Shown: one piece after another, positions 37,801 through 50,920 of the stretch
Numbering within the stretch: position 1 is the first letter of the stretch
How the letters are laid out: each line of letters begins with the position of its first letter
Assembly (NCBI RefSeq): GCF_006345805.1
Contig: NC_043013.1
Location: forward strand, 21,638,001-21,702,000
Source of the DNA: Octopus sinensis
Lineage: Eukaryota
Reading direction: 5' to 3'
DNA: 64,000 nucleotides
Program-made: the position numbers and the translations under genes
Notes under the pieces: generated by a model
Told to the model about the DNA's origin: nothing
The model's database searches: none
What the model saw: only the letters and a program-made list of their open reading frames with translations

Positions 37801-38898
37801 CTTATACAGCTGGAAAACTACTATAAAATATCTACTTCAGAAGGAAGGAAAACTGATACAAATAGCAGCAAAACAAAAAACTGTTCTCAGTATTTAAGGA
37901 AGTTGACAAATACAAACAAGAAATCGTACCACCTAACAAATATGAAGAAGAAGAAGAAGATAAAGAAGAAACAAAAGCTATAAAACAAATGAAATCCAAA
38001 CTAAAAAGAGAACAGCATCGAACCATGATAAAACGATGGCAAGAAAAGCCCCTTCATGGCAAATACTGGACTGAACTAAATGCAAAAGCAATAGACAAAG
38101 AAAAATTCCAACAATGGTTGAGAAGCTCAGGACTCAAAGCAGAGACAGAAGGATTTTTAATTGCAGCACAAGACCAAAGCCTCCCTACCAGAAATTACCA
38201 AAAACATGTAATGAAAAAGAAATATAACAAGTAACTGCAGAATATGTGGAGATGGACAAGAAACAATAAATCATATTATCTCTGGCTGCCCAGTCCTGGC
38301 TAAGAAGGAATATATTCACAGACACGACAGAGTTGGGACCTATATACACTGGAAAATATGCCAACATTATGGAATAACAACAGAAAAAGATGGTATAGGC
38401 ACACACCAGAAAAGGTCACAGAAAACGAGAAAGCAACCATACTCTGGGATATGCCAATACACACAGATAGAGAAATTAAGGCCAACAGACCAGATATAGT
38501 TGTCAGAGATCATGAAGAAAAAAAATGCTTCCTAATTGATGTATCAATACCGGCAGATGACAACGTGTCCCTAAAAGAAGTGGAGAAACTCTCAAAATAC
38601 AAAGACCTGGAAATAGAGGTAACTAGAATGTGGAACTTGAAAACAGAAACAATTCCTATCATAGTAGGTGCATTAGGCATGATAAAAAAATATTCAGACA
38701 AATACATAACAAAAACACCAGGACTTACAAACACATATAACATACAGAAAATTGCACTACTAGGCACTGCACACATCCTACGCAGAACACTTTCCATACA
38801 ATAACCATCAGAGCATCACAACAAATCACAGCACATACCCAAGGCACACAGAGCTGCGCTCGGTAGTGAAGTGAAAGCACGCTATAAAAATAAAACTA

Positions 38899-38901
<3 letters not shown>
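34837..38901 (+). mobile_element. Near full-length R4/Dong-like non-LTR retrotransposon (family A copy A), frameshifted, (AAT)n on both sides
   Basis: RT with YMDD (36789-37592), CRICGDGQETINHIISGC knuckle, RPDIVVRD…LIDVSIP REL domain; 3' end aaaataaaactactg+(AAT)n. Confidence 0.92.
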
Positions 38902-38957
<56 letters not shown>

Positions 38958-38961
38958 TAAT

Positions 38962-39006
<45 letters not shown>

Positions 39007-39073
39007 CATCATAATAATAATAATTATAATAATAATAACAACAACAACAGCAACAAGAAAAACAACAACAAAG

Positions 39074-42000
39074 AGGAAAGTCTCTGACTTTAGCCATTTC
39101 AGACGAGTCCACCATACTACCGATTTCGATAGAGCCACTAAACAAATAAAAATTGCCTGCTCCTCCCAGCCAAAGGAGGGCGGTAGTTGAAATACTCACT
39201 ATGGATTCAGCTGATAGCCGGATCGGTCTAACACGTGACAGCAGGTGTTCGACATAAACCCACAGAGGTCAGCAATATTCGGTCACTGGACGAGGGCGTG
39301 TAGAACGGATTCATCATTCTGGGAACACCTCGGGCAGGCCTGGCTGACGGCACTTCGGTACCTGTAAAGTATATCTCAAACAGGCAGCGCCACTCGGTGT
39401 CACTGCAAGGCAAGGGATTTCTCGAACTTATTCATAGGCCTAGGCCAGAAAGTTCTCCGAAACAGACCATTTCGTTGATCTTCATCGACGCCAAGAGTTT
39501 CCCTGAGAACGTCGTCGCGATATCCTTCCACTAGCCCTCTATAGAACGCTAGAACGGAACTACACCGACCTCATTGTTCGCCTGGCGGAGGGCTGTGACA
39601 AGCACTCCCTCTTCGGTCTACGCTTAATCCAGGTTTGCAGCTCAGTCAAAGGGACGGTCTGTGGAAAAATGTACCTGACAAACAGTGACCACACCTGCTC
39701 ACCGTCAAGGAAACGCTGGAGATGCCGCAAACTCAATGAATGTCTGCGAATTAGTAACAACGGCATGCCAAGCCCTCCATTCAGCGACTGATGATAGTAG
39801 ACGGAGCGCCTGACCAGTGGAACGTGCCCCTTCCACAGAAAAGGGAAGAGTAAACGCACCAGGTTGGTCAACCAGCAAACGGGGCAAGGGACGACGGTCA
39901 AGTGGTAATCGATGACAGATGCGATGTACACATTCGCCACCTCCGCTCGACCGCTCTGAAGCAGCTCCCTATCGGCTCATTTCTGGGTGAGGTTGGCTAC
40001 CTTCCTCGTCACCCCGTCCCAGTTTTTCTCCACCTGGAAGTCTGGACCAAACCAAACTCCGAGCAATGCAATTTAATGGGCCTGTCTGTCCAGCACCCCA
40101 CGACGCTGTTGGACGGCATGGACTTGCCACTCCAGGTGCCGAGTTGCATCCAAACCTGGTGCTCTACCTCTCGTGCAACACTTCATCGCTTCCTGTAACT
40201 CCGTGGCTGTTATTGGCCATTCGCAGCACTCTGCCCGGCTCACCGAGAGTCGTGGTAAGCCGTCCAAGCACTCACTCATGTCCGCCTTGTTATCCGTCCT
40301 ACCATTCGTCCCGAACAGTCGAGCCAAGTGCTGATGAAAAACCGCACACATCTCTTTCGGTTCGAACACCTTGCATCCGTTCTGGTCCACCAAAGACCGA
40401 ATGGTAGCTTTATTGCCACTTTCACCTCTGTCACGCGGGCCCATCTTGACGCTTTCGTTCCCTCTCTGCAGCTTTCGTGTTTGGCGTCGAAAAATTGGTC
40501 GAGGTTCAACCGCACCGCAAACACGTCGGTTGCGATGCTTGTCCTAAGTGCTTCATCTAACTTTCTAACTATATCTCCCTCTATTCTATTTCATCCTATC
40601 GTCAACGCCTTGCTAAACCTAATTAATTATTCTCTAATTTGCCCTTTTAAGAGCAAACCAACAGTTGTTGACGATTGCCCCCGACAACGCCCGCTTAACT
40701 AATTCGCTAATCCGGTCTCTGTAAGCTTGACACGCCGTGTTCGGTTTCCAGTAACCGGGACCGTGTCTATGAAGCCTATCCAAGTCCACTGTACAGATCA
40801 CAACTTTGTAGTCTGTGTAGCTGACCATGAGAAATTGTGAACACCCGATGATATCCATGTCCGCTGGCTTACATAAAACTCTATCTAGATACGATCTAGA
40901 TAACCAGATGCGGTTTGTTCAAGTCCACATTGGTACATTCGGGCAATCTAGTCGGTACCTGGCAGACAATTGAAAACGTCTGAGTAGATTTTTGAGGTTT
41001 TTGCAACCCACCTCTCCTATAAGATACACCCATGCAATCGAAACATCCATCTAAGACAGCATTCTAATCCCCTACTAGTACGAATGTCCGAGACGTACTC
41101 CAGACGCTTGAAGTAATCAGACCACCCTGATCCTGTCAAAGCATAGGCAGCCACCAGTCTGAAATCCCAGCTGTCACTGCTGTTCACATCTAAGACCACC
41201 GACTTACCTTCTGAATCCAGGAAGACTGCCTTTATTTTCAAATCCGGACTTTTCCAGAAAAGTACCACAGTTCTACTACAACACCCTGGTCGACACGGAG
41301 ATAGAAAAATCTCCATGGGTCGGATAATCTGGATTCACTAATGGCTGCAACATTTGCAGTAAGGGACCTCAGCTCATTTCTAAGGTGACGTTGTTTCCAA
41401 GGTGACCCGAGGCCCCTGGCCTCTATAAAACTATCCTGAGCATCACCAAGTTAAAATAAATTTAGATTGGAGAAGAGCACCACTTACCACTGTCTCCTGG
41501 TATGATGGTACACTTCATGTCGGTGTTTCCACTAGGTTTTTATATATTCTTTTTGTAAAAGACTTTTGGAGCCATCCCACAGCATCTGGAAATGTTGTTT
41601 TTATGGTGTTGTAAATTTGTTGTGTGGTTTTTAATATTTGTATGCGTGGTGGTGGTGGTGACTTCTGTCATGGTGGTGTTTGTATTGTCTCTTGAGTACG
41701 TAATTAAATTTATTATTGCCTGCATCGAAGGCTGTGAGGTTTGTGGTGCTAGTAGAATCTGTTTGTGGTGGTGTTGGTGTTTGAGGTGATAGCGCCGGAG
41801 GAGGTGGAGTTGGTGTTTGAGGTGATAGTGCGGGTGGAGGTGGTGTTGTTGTTATCGGCTGTTGTGTGTGGGTGTTGCCGCTGTTGGGACGTTCAGTGTC
41901 CTTGCGCCTACCCACTTTTTTCTTCTACTGTCTCACTAGATTTTTCTTTTTTTTCTTTGGTGGGGGTGGGGAAACTGTTTGCCACTCCCCCACCCCCACC

Positions 42001-42605
42001 TCTCGACTTCATTACTCGAACTGTCCGAGTTGTTTTGGTCGGGAAGGAGGATTGACTCCGACTTTTGGTTTTGTTGGTGTTCATTTGTTACTGCTGCTAC
42101 TGCTACAGTAGCTGTTGTTGGTGGTGTACTGCTACTGGGGGTAGTGGTACCCAGGCCCGGTGGTGGGGGAACTCCGGCTGCTGCTGCTGCTGTTGTTGCT
42201 GCTGTTAGGAGATGTCCCTGTTTCTGGTGTCGGTTGTAGCGTTCGACGCATCTCCTTGTATTTTGGCAGTCGACGTTGATGTGCTGGTTTGTTTCCACAA
42301 AAGTAGCACCTCGGCTTCCTGCCCTCCACAGCTACGCGTCGACTCGTGTTCTACGGTAAGTTTAAGGAGTCAGGGATAGACTTTAGGTCCTCTTGTTCAA
42401 TTTGGACAAAGCGTTCCAACTCCTGACCCGTCCAATTTTGTCGGTGCAACTTATGCATCTCCAGTATCGCGGCCGTATCTTCTATATCATAGAAGACAGA
42501 GGCCATCAGCCAACATATGATTATTTCAGGGGTACCCCCCCCCCCGGCCAATATTAATTTTGGTAACGTGCCCACCAAGACATGTCGGCACGACGATAAG
42601 GTCTT
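39074..42605 (-). mobile_element. Tx1/L1-clade LINE, decayed, RT core deleted
   Basis: ORF1 knuckle CYFCGNKPAH; APE-like FRLVAAYA and GPGYWK; RAPGLD lies only ~100 nt from the KLLGVWFG-like motif, so RT motifs 1-6 are absent; FLWKG…GGLGMP. Confidence 0.75.
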
Positions 42606-43093
42606 CTGAAAATAGTGGCACAGTGGAATATTTTGCAGCAAGTTTTAAATCCTCTTAAAAAATCCTGTTCATTGACGATTTCGAAATATTAAGGGAGCTT
42701 TTGCAGCTTTTCTTGCATCCTGCGGGGATTTCCGTTCATTCGTTTCTTCACAGCGTCAACATTTCAATTGTTCGCTTCCTACCAGGAATTGGCTTGCTAG
42801 AGGTTGTAGCGGACTCCACATATTGTTTCCAGGTATTGAACACTGTTTTACGACACACATTCAACCGTTTTGTTATGTCATCGTTGCTCTCTCTAGCTGC
42901 TCTCAAAGCGACAATCTGGTCATGTTTTGCTTTCGACGCCATGTTTGTTTGCAAACCAGTTTTAGACGAACGAAACAATAGAAACATGAACAAAAGACAT
43001 AAGCAAATATTTACGTTAAATGTAGATATTACCTGAACCGATATTCTTTAGGAAGAGTTTTACACACGGGTAAAACTTTCTGGGGCACTCTGG
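42606..43093 (-). mobile_element. Tc1/mariner-family transposase N-terminal (HTH) fragment with one terminus
   Basis: MASKAKHDQIVALRAARESNDDITKRLNVCRKTVFNTWKQYVESATTSSKPIPGRKRT, then VKKRMNGNPRR…LNISKSSMNRI. Confidence 0.7.
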
Positions 43094-43836
43094 ACATGAA
43101 TGACAGATATAGAGGAGAAAGAGAAGAGAGAGAGAGAAGGGGAGGGGAGAGAGAATGAATGAGGGAGAGAGAAAGAGAAAGAAAGAGAGAGAGAGAAAGA
43201 GAAGAGAGATATAGAAAATGAGAGAGAGAGAGTTAATCAGGATTGTGGGCGATTATGATTTGATCCAGTTTGAGGGTTTTCATTCATTTGTGAGTAAGTT
43301 ACCCTACTTTTTTTCCCATTTTCTTTGATTTATATTTAAAAAAATAAAATCTGTTTTACACATTCAGTTAAGCATCTTGTGTAATTATTGTGCGTAATTT
43401 TAAAAACTCTTATCATATTCTGTTTTATTATAAAATCCCCTTTCGTCTCCCTCACAGACAGATGTCTTCCATACACAAATATTACACATCAGATATGCAT
43501 TATTTTCTTCATCAAATATATTGAGAATCTTCTCTGTTAGTCACATGACAAAACGGTCTTATAAAACTTTACATTTTCTCTTCACTCCTCGGTAATCTTG
43601 TGTCTCAATCCGTTTCTAAATTTTCTGCTAAACACATCACTCAAAATTTTATTAGAACTTTAAATCTCCGGAATGAAAACTCTACCAACAATTATTTTCC
43701 AACACACGCTAATCTACACCGACCAGAGAAATCGCAGTCAATTTTCAAATGCTAACCGTATTGTCTCTCTTTGGACTAAAACATAGAATACAAGTCAAGG
43801 AATGAAATAAACACAAAAAGATTCAAATTTGTTTAC

Positions 43837-44094
43837 CGTCTCTATACTTGGTCGGCACAGATCTTCTCAACTGATAAAAATGGTAATCAAAATCTCTTAT
43901 TAGCCTCCTCTCTGTTGAGTCTTCTTCGTATAAAATACAGCTTGGGCTTATTATTCCGCTCACGAAGGATTTACATGCAGAAGTTTCAAAACAACTCTTC
44001 GAACAGGTGAAGACATCCACGTCAAGTGTCATCAATGTTTTACCGTCTTTCGGAGCACAGTATGGTACTTTCATAAAATACACCAGATATCCAA
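43837..44094 (-). CDS. PAN protein exon 3 (PAN1: GYLVYFMKVPYCAPKD…TCSKSCFETSACKSFVSGIISPSCILY…KYRD)
   Basis: tttgttacag| and |gtaaac; 258 nt, phase 1-1, open; PAN cysteine pattern. Confidence 0.8.
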
Positions 44095-44639
44095 CTGTAA
44101 CAAAGCCAGGCAAATTAAACAACCAAAATACGAAGACGAAAATAAAACATTGTGAAAATAGATAATAATAAAGATAGAAAATATTAAATGTTTGAGGATC
44201 AGCATTGATATTTTTACCAGGAAGAAGTGATAGAGTTGTTACTACCATAGTGTAGGTACAAAGCATCTTGGGATATATAATCTGTTTAATGAAAATGACT
44301 GCGAATGAGTTTTAAATGTTGTTTAATTAATTCTATTATTTAAATGATTCACAAGTTATATACTATAATGTTTAACGGTTGTTTGTTGTAAAGAATGTCC
44401 CCTGATACCAGCCCTTTGTTTTATTTAACAAAATGCTTACAAACTGACGGAAAACTGTGGAAATTATGTTAAGAATTGAATTCGTCATAACACGAGATTT
44501 ATCTTGAGTCTTCTTTTCATCTAATTTACTTAGGAAAGGAAAATATTTTCTTCCACTGAACTTATAAATCAAATTTTTGAGTAGTGATTTTCATAATTTT
44601 CATAGATATATGTCTATATATTGATATAAATTTACTTAC

Positions 44640-44675
44640 GTCCATTTCCAAATGTCAGTGAGATGTAGAAGAGAA
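44640..44675 (-). CDS. PAN protein exon 2, 36 nt (LFYISLTFGNG; second half of signal peptide)
   Basis: ttttcattgcag| and |gtaagt; phase 1-1; hydrophobic. Confidence 0.55.
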
Positions 44676-45884
44676 CTGCAATGAAAATTTATTTTGGAAA
44701 AAAATTTCATATTTCATATTCACGTTTAACATTAATTTACAAAGAATGAAGATGAAAGGAATAAGAATGAGAAGTGCTACAAGCATAATTCAGTAACAAA
44801 TACGGCGATGACCACCACTACATCACCATAAAATTATCCATTGAAATAATGAGGGAGTGCGATAAATTGGAGAGGGATAGAAAGAGAGTGAACAGAAGAG
44901 AGAGGGATTGGAGGAGTGAGGGTGAGATAAAAAGAGAGAGGAGCAAAAATAGAAAAAGGGAGAGATGAAGAGATAAAAAGAAATTCTATTAGTTTCAAAC
45001 GAGATAGGAAGCCTCAGTATTTCTTGGAAGAGAACATTCTAGACACTTCAGAGACTTTAGTGAAAGTATTACGTATAACTTGTTCGTACAATTAACCACT
45101 TTTTATAAAGGCGAGTCACCACTTTTATAACGGGTTGATTCTATCTTATTTATAGAGTGATTATTCTCCTGAGTAGACTTTTCTAAGTCCACGTCGGCTT
45201 GTCACCAATATATAAGCTTGTGTTGGATTATCTGGTGTAGAATGTTTTTGACTTGGAAAAGATAATAAATATAGATGTTTACTGAGTAGAAATCTATAGT
45301 GATAAACCGGTTACTTATAACTTAACTATAAGTGTTACCACTATACATAAATCTTAACTCAGGCTGCGTAAACACCGTGATGAATTATACACCAAGACGC
45401 TGAAAGGTACACGTTGAAAGGTCACCGCTATAATAACAGTTTCATGGATACAGAAATAAATCTCATTAACAGGTTGAAGAAAATGAAGAAAGAGAAATTA
45501 TTTACTAAATTAGTTTATTTATGTACATTTAATATTTACAGTACATTTACAAGTCAAAGAAAATTGTCGTAGAGAGTTACGACATAAAATTTATATTAAC
45601 TAATTTTTCCATACGAAACTACCAGAGTTTTACACAACGATTCAAAATAGTCTTGTTGGATTTAAGTAATAGAGATGGCATAAAAATAGCAAATATCTCA
45701 AGAGAGTGAGTGTCGTGGAAATGAAGGACAACCAACGAACACTGAGGGTGAGTTTCGTGGAGTCTAGTAACAACCAACGATCCCTGATTAATTTTGATCT
45801 CACTGGACAAGGGATAGGCATAGTTCAGAAGAATTAGGTTAATATTCACCCATTTTATATATATATAAATATATAGTTAATCCA

Positions 45885-46080
45885 AACAAGACAACACAAA
45901 AAAACACAACAACACGATGACGTCGAACAAATATAGTATTATTGGACGCTCAGGAAAGAAGGGAAGAAGGAGGGTTTAACGTTTCGAGCGGAGCTCTTCG
46001 TCGGAAACATAGGAGAAGGAAAGATCCAGAGAAGGGAAGACAGAGCAAAAAAATCGCCAACGGTACACACGAGGTCACAC
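45885..46080 (-). mobile_element. Penelope-like short repeat with hammerhead (45974-46008; core CCGACGA, U4C)
   Basis: gttt-CCGACGA-a-gagc-tcc-gctc-GAAAC-GTT-aaac; perfect stem I; microsatellite flanks. Confidence 0.65.
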
Positions 46081-46374
46081 ACACACAAACATACACACAC
46101 ACACACTCACACACACACATATATATATATATATACATATATTTATATATATATGTGTATGTGTATATATATATAAAGATATATATATATGTATGTATGC
46201 ATGTATGTGTGTATGTATGAATGTATGTATACATACATACATATATGTATATTCATTTGTAATATATATGTATACACATGTGTATATATATGTGCATACA
46301 TATAAAAACACACATACACATATACATACATACATGCATACATACATACATACATACATGCATACATACATACA

Positions 46375-46410
<36 letters not shown>

Positions 46411-46484
46411 TTTGTACATTCATACATACGCACATACATATATACATTCATGTATATATACATACATACATACACATACACATA

Positions 46485-47306
46485 TCAAAATAAGCAACAA
46501 AGATATTCAAAAGTAATGCAGTATGATTGTTTCATGCAACTCCATTTAATTGAACAATTACATCAATTTAAAATGCAGAGCAATCTTCAGCTGCACAAAG
46601 ACATTGAATTTAGTCAAATTGAACAGATGAACACATAAGTATAATTATACCTAAAATCTCCAAGAAGTTAAGGAGATAGACAAAGAACATGCTGTCTCAC
46701 TCCAGCATAGAAGTTACTAAGTTTTCATGAAGATATACATTGTTACAGACTCTGTCTATCACTGTCTTTTTTTTTGGTGTTATGGGGTCAGTTTTAATTT
46801 ATAGACTAGTTTATTAAATCCCATGTATATTAAGGCTGAGAGAACAGAGGGCAGTATCTGTTAGGGGTAGGGCTGAGGGAGCAGACAGACATCATAGTTG
46901 GTATAGTCATAAAAATCAAGATTTATTAAAAGCAATATCATGAGGTTTGGTAAAGGAAAACTTAAAGCAAGATGTTAGCTGACAATTAATGGTCTACTAG
47001 CAGACCATTGATAATAAAACATGGGAAATCTTATCATGTAGTACTATAGTTAAATATTTTAAACACTGTTGCTATATTGTATGCAGTTAAAGTTTAAGGT
47101 TATTCAGACGATTATTAAGAAGACTATTATAACAAAAGATAGAAATTTATGAATACTTTTGAGTACGTACCAAACTTTTACCACAATAGAAGGAGGAAAA
47201 GAAATTATCCAGAAATAGTTTAATATTTATACATATTGTACACTTATATACAAACCCATCAGATGGTATCTGTGAATATTGATTAATTGGTATATACTGG
47301 TATTAA
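46485..47306 (+). repeat. AT-rich segment, inverted copy of 57364-58394
   Basis: Continuous reverse-complement alignment by eye, e.g. ttacagactctgtctatcactg and gcagtatctgttaggggtagggctgagggagcagac. Confidence 0.85.
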
Positions 47307-47927
47307 TGATGGAGTATTGAGGCAAAGGAACATGTTAATTATATATTAAGAAAATTATAATCTAAGCAGGCTTTTTTATAAGTAATGAATATACCAGTAT
47401 AGTATGAATTTATAGAGATACAAAAATTAGAGTAATTTTATAAATAAAGGCTAAATATAAAATAATAAAGAAATACAATAAAATGATCAGGTAGGGCAGA
47501 ACACCACAGAAAAATAAATAAAATAACTTAATTACCAATACTATGGTAAAGTATATGTAGCTTATTAACACCAATAGAGATGATTTTTAGAAAAAGTATA
47601 ATAATTCAAAATACATTAGACTAAAAATTATATAATCTTTTTTTTTTAAATTAAGAGTCATATCATAGATTTAAGAAGTTAATATTGTTACTCCCTACAT
47701 GATATTTATAGTTTCTTAGTTGTACTTGTTTAGAAGGGTTATTTATATATAGGCCCTTAAGATCAGGAGGGTAGAGCCATTTAAGAAAGAGATAAATCAA
47801 GTAATTTCTAAAGATCATTTCAAACAATATTGTCTTATTGTATAAAGTTAAAATTTAGGGTAATCAAGAAGATTATTAAGAATGAAATTTTAACATAAGG
47901 ATAAAACTTCTTTGAATATTTGGAGTA

Positions 47928-48442
47928 CCGTAAATCCTCGAGTATAGTCCGCCCTTGAGTATAACATGCAGGGATTTTTTGGGGGCGGGGATGTACCTCT
48001 GAAAGACCTAAACCTTGTGTATAATATGCACTCCTTCTCTAACTTGAGTCAAGGAGGTCTATATAACGTCCTTGGTTTGTAAAAATGTATATGGTAACGT
48101 CCTTTATTATTATTGTATATATAACATAGTGGGAACGTGTAGCATTTTTATGCATTTTGTTTGCAGAAAATAAAGAGATAACAGTAATAACGTTTAAGAA
48201 ATGTTGCTTACTGTAAGTTATGGATGATTCTCTTATGACTTCATTGCTTTCAGGTTTAGCTTAAGGTATTTTCACGCCCGACATCACAAAATGCGTCTGA
48301 TTAAACATAGCCAGAGAGCAAATAGAGACTCTGACATAGCTTAGAAAATAATTTTCATTTTTAACCTCGTATATAGTACGCACTAGGTATTTTGACCTTT
48401 AAATTTTAGGGAAAAATGCGGATTATACTCGAGGATTTACGG
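47928..48442. mobile_element. pogo/Tigger-type MITE, 515 bp
   Basis: 25-bp TIR ccgtaaatcctcgagtata(g/a)tccgc with 1 mismatch; TA on both sides. Confidence 0.85.
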
Positions 48443-48773
48443 TATATATCAAAGTTTTACCACAATAGAGAGAGGAAAAGATAATTGCAAAGAAATAGTT
48501 AAATATTTTACTTATTACTTATCTAAATATTAACTTATTATATGGTTTCTATGGAGATTGATCAATTGGATTTAACTGGTATTTAATAAGAGAGCAACTA
48601 AGGTTAAAGAACATGTCAACTATGCACTGATTTGATTAAATTGAACTATTTCAAGTTGTCAAGATACCGGTATTACCTTATATAATAAGCTGAGTACGAA
48701 TTAATAGGGCTGCAATGATTAAATTTCTTTAACGCTATTATAAAATAATATAAATAATAATAATAATAATAAC

Positions 48774-48845
<72 letters not shown>

Positions 48846-48847
<2 letters not shown>

Positions 48848-50551
48848 GCTACAAATGACAAACAGCTGGAAACACTACTAAAGACAGTTCATGGATTTAC
48901 GAAAGAAATAGATATGTAATTTGGATTAGAAAAATGCGCCAAAGTAACCATGAAAAGAGGAAAACTAGTTAAGAGTAGCAACATCACGCTAGATAAAACC
49001 AATGAAATAAAAGAATTAGACCGAAGCCAAACTTACAAATACTTAGGAATCCATGAACTAGATAAGACACAACACCCACAAATGAAAGAGAAAATAAAAA
49101 AGAATATAATAGACGAGTTAGATTAATACTAAAAACAGAGCTCAACGCTAAAAACAAGATAATAGGTATCAACACCTTAGCAGTCCCAGTTATAAGTTAT
49201 AGCTACAATATCCTTAACTGGACACTAAATGAACTAACCAAAATAGATAGGAAAACAAGAAAAATAATGACAGGATCTAGGATGCATCACCCAAAATTTG
49301 ACATAGAAAGGCTATATATACAACGTATAGAAGGTGGGAGAGGCCTTATACAGCTGGAAAACTACTATAAAATAACCACCATAGGACTGCAAAAATATCT
49401 ACTTCAGAAGGAAGGAAAACTGATAAAAATAGCGGCAAAACACGAGCAAAACAAAAAAACTGTTCTCAGTATTTAAGGAAGCTGACAAATACAAACAAGA
49501 AATCATACCACCTAACAAATATGAAGAAAAGAAGAAGAAGAAGAAGAAGAAGAAGAAGAAGAAGAAGAAGAAGAAGAAGAAGAAGAAGAAGAAGAAGAAG
49601 AAGAAGAAGAAGAAGAAACAACAAAAGCTATAAAACAAATGAAATCCAAACTAAAAAGAGAACAGCAACGAATCATGATAAAACGATGGCAAGAAAAGAC
49701 CCTTCATGACAAATACTGGGTTAAACTAAACGCAAAAGAAATAGACAAAGAAAAATCCCAACAATGGTTGAGAAGCTCAGGACTCAAAGCAGAGACAGGG
49801 GGATTTTTAATTGCAGCACAAGACCAAAGACTCCCCACCAGAAAGTACCAAAGACATGTAATGAAAAGAAATATTACAAGTAACTGCAGAATATGTGGAG
49901 ATGGACAAGAAACAATAAATCATATTATCTCTGGCTGCCCAGTCCTGGCTAAGAAGGAATATATTCATAGACACGACAGAGTTGGGACTTACATACACTG
50001 GAAGCTATGCCAACATTATGAAATAACAACAGAAAAAAGATGGTATAGGCACATACCAGAAAAGGTCACAGAAAACGAGAAAGCAACCATACTCTGGGAT
50101 ATGCCAATACACACAGATAGTGAAATTAAGGCCAACAGACCAGATATATTTGTCATAGATCATGAAGAAAAAAAAATGCTTTCTAATTGATGTATCAATA
50201 CCAGCAGATGACAACGTGTCTCTAAAAGAAATGGAGAAACTTTCAAAATACAAAGACCTGGAAATAGACGTAACTAGAATGTGGAATGTAAAAACAGAAA
50301 CAATTCCTATCATAGTAGGTGCATTAGGCAGGATAAAAAAAATATTCAGACAAATACATAACAAAAACACCAGGACGTACAAACACATATAACATACAGT
50401 AAATTGCACTAATAGGTACTGCACACATCCTACGCAGAACACTTTCCATACAATAAGAATCAGAGCATCACAACAAATCACAGCATACCCAAGGCACACA
50501 GAGCTGCGCTCGGCAGTGAAGTGAAAGCACCTTATAAAAATAAAACTACTG
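48846..50551 (+). mobile_element. R4/Dong-like family A copy B, 5'-truncated, with (GAA)29 expansion
   Basis: Colinear with the 3' part of copy A; (AAT)n on both sides. Confidence 0.9.
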
Positions 50552-50649
<98 letters not shown>

Positions 50650-50684
50650 TAATAATAATAATGATAATAATAATAATAATAATA

Positions 50685-50901
50685 ACAAAAAGGCGTTTGA
50701 TAGCATCCCCCACACATGGATCCTCGAAACACTAGCCATTAACAAAGTAGCACCAACAATCATAAAATTCATAGAGCACTCTATGAATTAATGGCAAACA
50801 GTCCTACACCTCCAAACAAAAGAGGGACTCATGAAAACCAAAGACATCCCCATTAGAAGAGGAATATTCCAGGGAGGCACGCTCTCTCCACTCCTTTTCT
50901 A
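50685..50901 (+). mobile_element. Internal RT fragment (copy C) between two (AAT)n tracts
   Basis: Two differences seen versus ~51579-51795 of copy D; lacks the element 3' end. Confidence 0.85.
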
Positions 50902-50920
50902 TTATTAATAATAATAATAA

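Noticed and set aside
44741-44786. Alternative first exon MLVALLILIPFIFIL with phase-1 donor
   Set aside because: Requires a 65-nt intron and a weaker donor, and gives an overlong hydrophobic leader; 58627-58597 is preferred, though this one is not excluded
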